Program-made: the position numbers and the translations under genes | Notes under the pieces: generated by a model | What the model saw: only the letters and a program-made list of their open reading frames with translations | The model's database searches: none | Told to the model about the DNA's origin: nothing | DNA from: the human T2T-CHM13v2.0 reference genome, Homo sapiens | DNA length: 64,000 bases | NCBI RefSeq assembly: GCF_009914755.1 | Contig: NC_060930.1 | Direction: 5' to 3' (one strand) | Part shown: positions 60,850 through 64,000 of the stretch, in pieces | Numbering within the stretch: the stretch's first letter is position 1 | Layout: each line of letters starts with the position of its first letter

Positions 60850-61660
60850 GGCATTCCTTCACTCTATCCATAGCACAATCTTAGAGCCCCACTTTGAGTT
60901 GCTTGTTATATGCTCCCTTTCCCTTGAACGCCTCTGGTTTGCTTCAAATTCTGTACCATTCTAAGATCTAAAAGAGTTCTTTATCACTTGGAGGTCCTTT
61001 TGCTTTTTTCTCTAAACTTAAAAAAAAAAAAAAAAAAAACCTTCTTTCAACCTCAATGCATTTCAAACAAAAGCAATCTATATTTCCACCAGAACATAAT
61101 CAAGTATCCTTTCATGGGCCTAAGTATTTGCAATAACACCTGTTTTGCCACTAATACAGCTATCTACACTATAGGGGGCAAGAGTACATATTCCTTACCT
61201 TGTTATATAAGTCTAATAGACCCGGATTTATCTTAAACATAATGTTACCGCGTTTGCTTGGGACTGACATCTCATAAACGAGAACTTAACACTTTCGTGT
61301 TACCACTTGAATGGGACATTTCCATCAAAATGGCTGATATGAATTCTGAGATGCAAATCCATGGGACAGTTATTTCTGTGAACCTGAATAGCCCCAGTGA
61401 GACATATTTTATTGTAGAAACTTGCCTATTGGTACCTGCTGGCTAATTGGACTAGATCCTATTATCTAGATCATTAAATTAGCTCCCATTTAATCTTTAA
61501 CCAGACTGCCCTCTTTGTTCATCACAGCCACACTATTATTTCTGATTTAAGTTTTCTAGGGACCAGACAAGCCAAAAAGTCCAGAAAAATGTGTTAGAAC
61601 TACAACCTTAGACAAAAAATCCCAGCTCTTGAAAAGGGCTGTGACCCTCCTTTCTCACTA
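60850..61660 (+). pseudogene. ERV env (SU) remnant; no TM or 3' LTR visible
   Basis: gccccagtgagacatattttattgt..gcctattggtacctgctggctaattggactagatcctattatcta approximates P.ETYF.C..AY..L.ANWT.S.YL, like gamma-type SU CLPxNWTGxC. Confidence 0.55.
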
Positions 61661-62783
61661 AGTTCTCAAAATGATACAAGTAAGAAAATGTAAAAGCTAC
61701 ATGTGCAAAAATATGAGAAAGAAGTTTTAAAAATAATGTTAAGATATTTAGTCACACTAAAATTATTAAACTATTTCTTTCTGTATCTCATTTAATAAAA
61801 TATTATCCATAAATTTATTTCACAAAAGGATGCAGCATAATATGACATATTTAAATATACATCATTTAATAAGACAGTAATAAATCTTTATTTAAAGGAT
61901 GCGACAGTTTTAGCTAAAATAAAAAAAATTCGCTTTAATCTTTCCTTATTTAAAGTGTTAGTACTTCATGGAGAGAAGTTTAGTGTTTCTTATATCTTTT
62001 GATTTAATGTTTTATTTTTCTGGCTCATTATGGTTATGGTTATGTTCTTTGAATATTTTATTGTTATTGAGGTCACTTCAATTATGTTTAGGGGACTTTT
62101 ATTTTAAGAATACATTTCCAGTTTTACAGTGAGAATTAAAACACATAACAGATTCCATATAAAATATTTAAATTCCCAGCAAAATGATTAGTGTTTGGCC
62201 TTCAGTGCTTTATGAGAAGCTGTAGTACTTCAATCTATTAATATTCTGCCATATTTTCATATGGGAAATACATTCTTTTTTTAATTCTCTTTTTAGTATG
62301 TGCCAAGCACATAGCACAAAAAGAGAACTAGTTTCTCTGGGGAGTAACGAAGCCAAGAACATTACTTCATCAACTTTATGATGAACTGTAGCTTTCACAT
62401 TAAGAGGCAAATTCTTCATTTCAAAACATTAACCCACAAAGTATTTAATAATTGAAGTCTGTGTGATTTAGAGTTAAGAAATGAATTAAGTACAAAAATA
62501 GATTTTTTCCTCACTTTCCTTTGATTGTGCCCTGGATTGATTGTTATTCATTTTAGAATCTTGCCTTTTAGGACTTTTTTCCAATAGAGTTTGAGAATTT
62601 CCAATAATAGCTGACTTCAATAGCATTTCCGTCTTGTGGAAATTATTTGTCAATTAAAATGCTCTTCATGAAATTGAAATTTATTTGCACTCTATGTCTA
62701 CTGGAAGATTTGAGGAACTATTCTATTATTCTGTAATGAAGGCGCTTAAATAAATGTTAAGAAATCTATTAAAAACTTAATAT

Positions 62784-62919
62784 AGCCTGGTGCGGTGGCT
62801 TACGCCTATAATCCTAGCACTTTGGGAGGCCGAGGCGGGCACATCACCTGAGCAGAGATGGCACCACTGCACTCCAGCCTGGGCAACAGAGTGAGATTCC
62901 ATCTCAAAAAAAAAAAAAA
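62784..62919 (+). mobile_element. Internally deleted Alu (left-arm 5' part fused to right-arm 3' part)
   Basis: gcctggtgcggtggcttacgcc..gcacatcacctgag|cagagatggcaccactgcactccagcctgg..ctc(A)14; TSD core cttaatata. Confidence 0.92.
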
Positions 62920-62934
62920 CCCTTAATATATTCC

Positions 62935-62992
62935 CATGGTGGAGCCTAGATTTGAACTCAGGGAGTCAAGCTCTATAATTAATGCTCCTAAA
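62935..62992 (-). mobile_element. MIR fragment
   Basis: atggtggagcctagatttgaactcaggg. Confidence 0.55.
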
Positions 62993-63365
62993 TATTGTGT
63001 AGGAAACTCTCTTATTAGAGTAAGGCAGGAGAGATTGAATAAATCACAAATATACTGGAAATGTCATAAACCTATGATCTTTACTTTTTTGGAAAAGGTA
63101 GTTTCTCTGCTCTGTCTTCATGATTAAAAACTTCTCATTTCTCACTACTTTGCCAGCATCTAGTTCTCATGTGGAATAAGCTATTGTGTTGTCTTTATTA
63201 TCCAATTTTGTTTTCTTACATTCTTTTACCCTCAAAAGGATTCTTGGTAGACATCTGATTTTATTCTTAGGTCCAGGTAACAATCAGGATGAGTATGAGA
63301 CAGCTAGTAAAAGAAAGCAAGAGTGTTTCCACTGTAGACAGAAAAAAAAAATACTTTTTTTTTCC

Positions 63366-64000
63366 ATGATGGTGGACTGAAGACATTGTTAGCATGTCTC
63401 TCCCACTTGGAAAGGCAAAATAGTGTGTAAAGATTCATGCTGTGAAAGAAACCACAGGCCTTTGGAAAGAACCAGTGGGCAACGGCCTAAACCACGAGCC
63501 AGAGGAAAACTGTGTGCCTCCATAGCATGTGAGAGAGAGAAACCGCTGCAGTGACCCACACTCCCAAAAGGGACTCAGGCATTTTAGGTCACAGAAGGTC
63601 TTAATCCAATATAGCAGTGGAGCTGATTTAGTGAGCAGTGGGGACTCTAAGAGAAGGAGTGGCATTGGGATAAGATTTGCATGCACTTTCAAACTCCAGT
63701 GGGACAGAGGGAAGCCATTCCAAATCCTTTCTCACAGGAGACCTCACGGAAATCTGCCAGCCAACTCATGATGTAGTCACAGGTTGAGAGAAGCATCAAC
63801 TGAGCATTGAGACAGAATCATGACTGGGGACAAAACTCATTGGCCAGGACGGAAGGACGTGCAGGAAGTGTGCTATAGCCATGGGCACAGGAGCTGAGCA
63901 CCTCTACTTCACTGGCAGATCAAGAGGGGCATGGCCTGAAACTCAAAGTTTTTGTCTCCACTGGGAAGGCTTATGGCCTGGGGCAGTTTTGAGTTCTATG
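63366..64000 (+). mobile_element. 5' region of an older L1 (L1M2/L1MA-like), runs off the window edge
   Basis: Begins gatggtggactgaagacattgttagcatgtctctcccacttggaa (aagatggcgg-type L1 start); GC-elevated to the end of the window. Confidence 0.6.

Overview
Human intergenic or deep-intronic DNA: AT-rich, with no CpG island, and no host protein-coding exon or RNA gene that I can recognise. Species is inferred from a near-consensus AluYb9 at 12.9 kb, a human-specific subfamily. The window is mostly transposable-element debris: about 11 Alus; MaLR LTRs (THE1D, MSTB, MLT1); MER52 and other ERV1/ERVL LTRs; MER3/MER5; MIR/L2; a 5.9-kb disabled L1PA3-type LINE-1 (45.4-51.3 kb); and an ancient gammaretrovirus-like (ERV1) provirus at 53.0-61.7 kb with LTR, PBS and gag/pol/env remnants. 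That provirus carries a 132-bp locally templated insertion and a compound L1 insertion. The only ORFs in the track with recognisable protein homology are L1 ORF0/ORF1/ORF2 pieces and ERV pol fragments; the rest look spurious. I found no evidence for a new biological system. The most notable items are unusual insertion and rearrangement structures. Subfamily names come from remembered consensus features, not a database search, and boundaries of old repeats are approximate.
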